NCBI GenBank assembly: GCA_030141605.1
Contig: JAQGDQ010000308.1
Coordinates: forward strand, 186,001 to 250,000
DNA: 64,000 nt
From: Tubiluchus corallicola
Taxonomy: Eukaryota; Animalia; Priapulida
Direction: 5' to 3'
In this document: positions 63,976-64,000 of the stretch, piece after piece
Layout of the letters: each line of letters opens with the position of its first letter
Position numbering within the stretch: the first letter of the stretch is position 1
Program-made: the position numbers and the translations under genes
The notes under the pieces: model-generated
Told to the model about the DNA's origin: nothing
The model's input: only the letters and a program-made list of their open reading frames with translations
The model's database searches: none

Positions 63976-64000
63976 TTAACAGCTAAAATCTCAATACCTG

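Overview
This is an AT-rich metazoan (invertebrate-like) genomic window, not prokaryotic. It holds four host genes, reconstructed exon by exon from GT-AG splice sites and reading-frame continuity: the 3' part of DDX23/PRP28 (+, <1-844, intronless here), a complete Ski/SnoN co-repressor gene (-, 6 coding exons, 613 aa), a complete FoxJ2/3 gene (+, 10 coding exons, 387 or 406 aa) and the last two exons of NECAP (-). About 14 kb between the divergent Ski and FoxJ genes is packed with LINE debris and a full-length, recently inserted LTR retroelement (27449-33427). That element is non-canonical: CG...CG LTR ends, a 3-bp target-site duplication, an LADD RT motif and a tRNA-Leu PBS, matching my recollection of the Troyka lineage. 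Introns carry pogo/Tigger, Tc2-like, MULE-like, Helentron-like, Kolobok-like and DIRS relics, plus a 2.6-kb TTAA-flanked TIR element; a hAT relic lies between FoxJ and NECAP. Other notable signals are a closed-loop compound pentanucleotide microsatellite, dense Smad-binding-element clusters in the long Ski intron, an AUG-UAA-UG uORF overlapping the Ski start codon, tandem Pumilio elements in the NECAP 3' UTR and FoxJ2/3-NECAP microsynteny. No database search was run; family assignments rest on recognised motifs.
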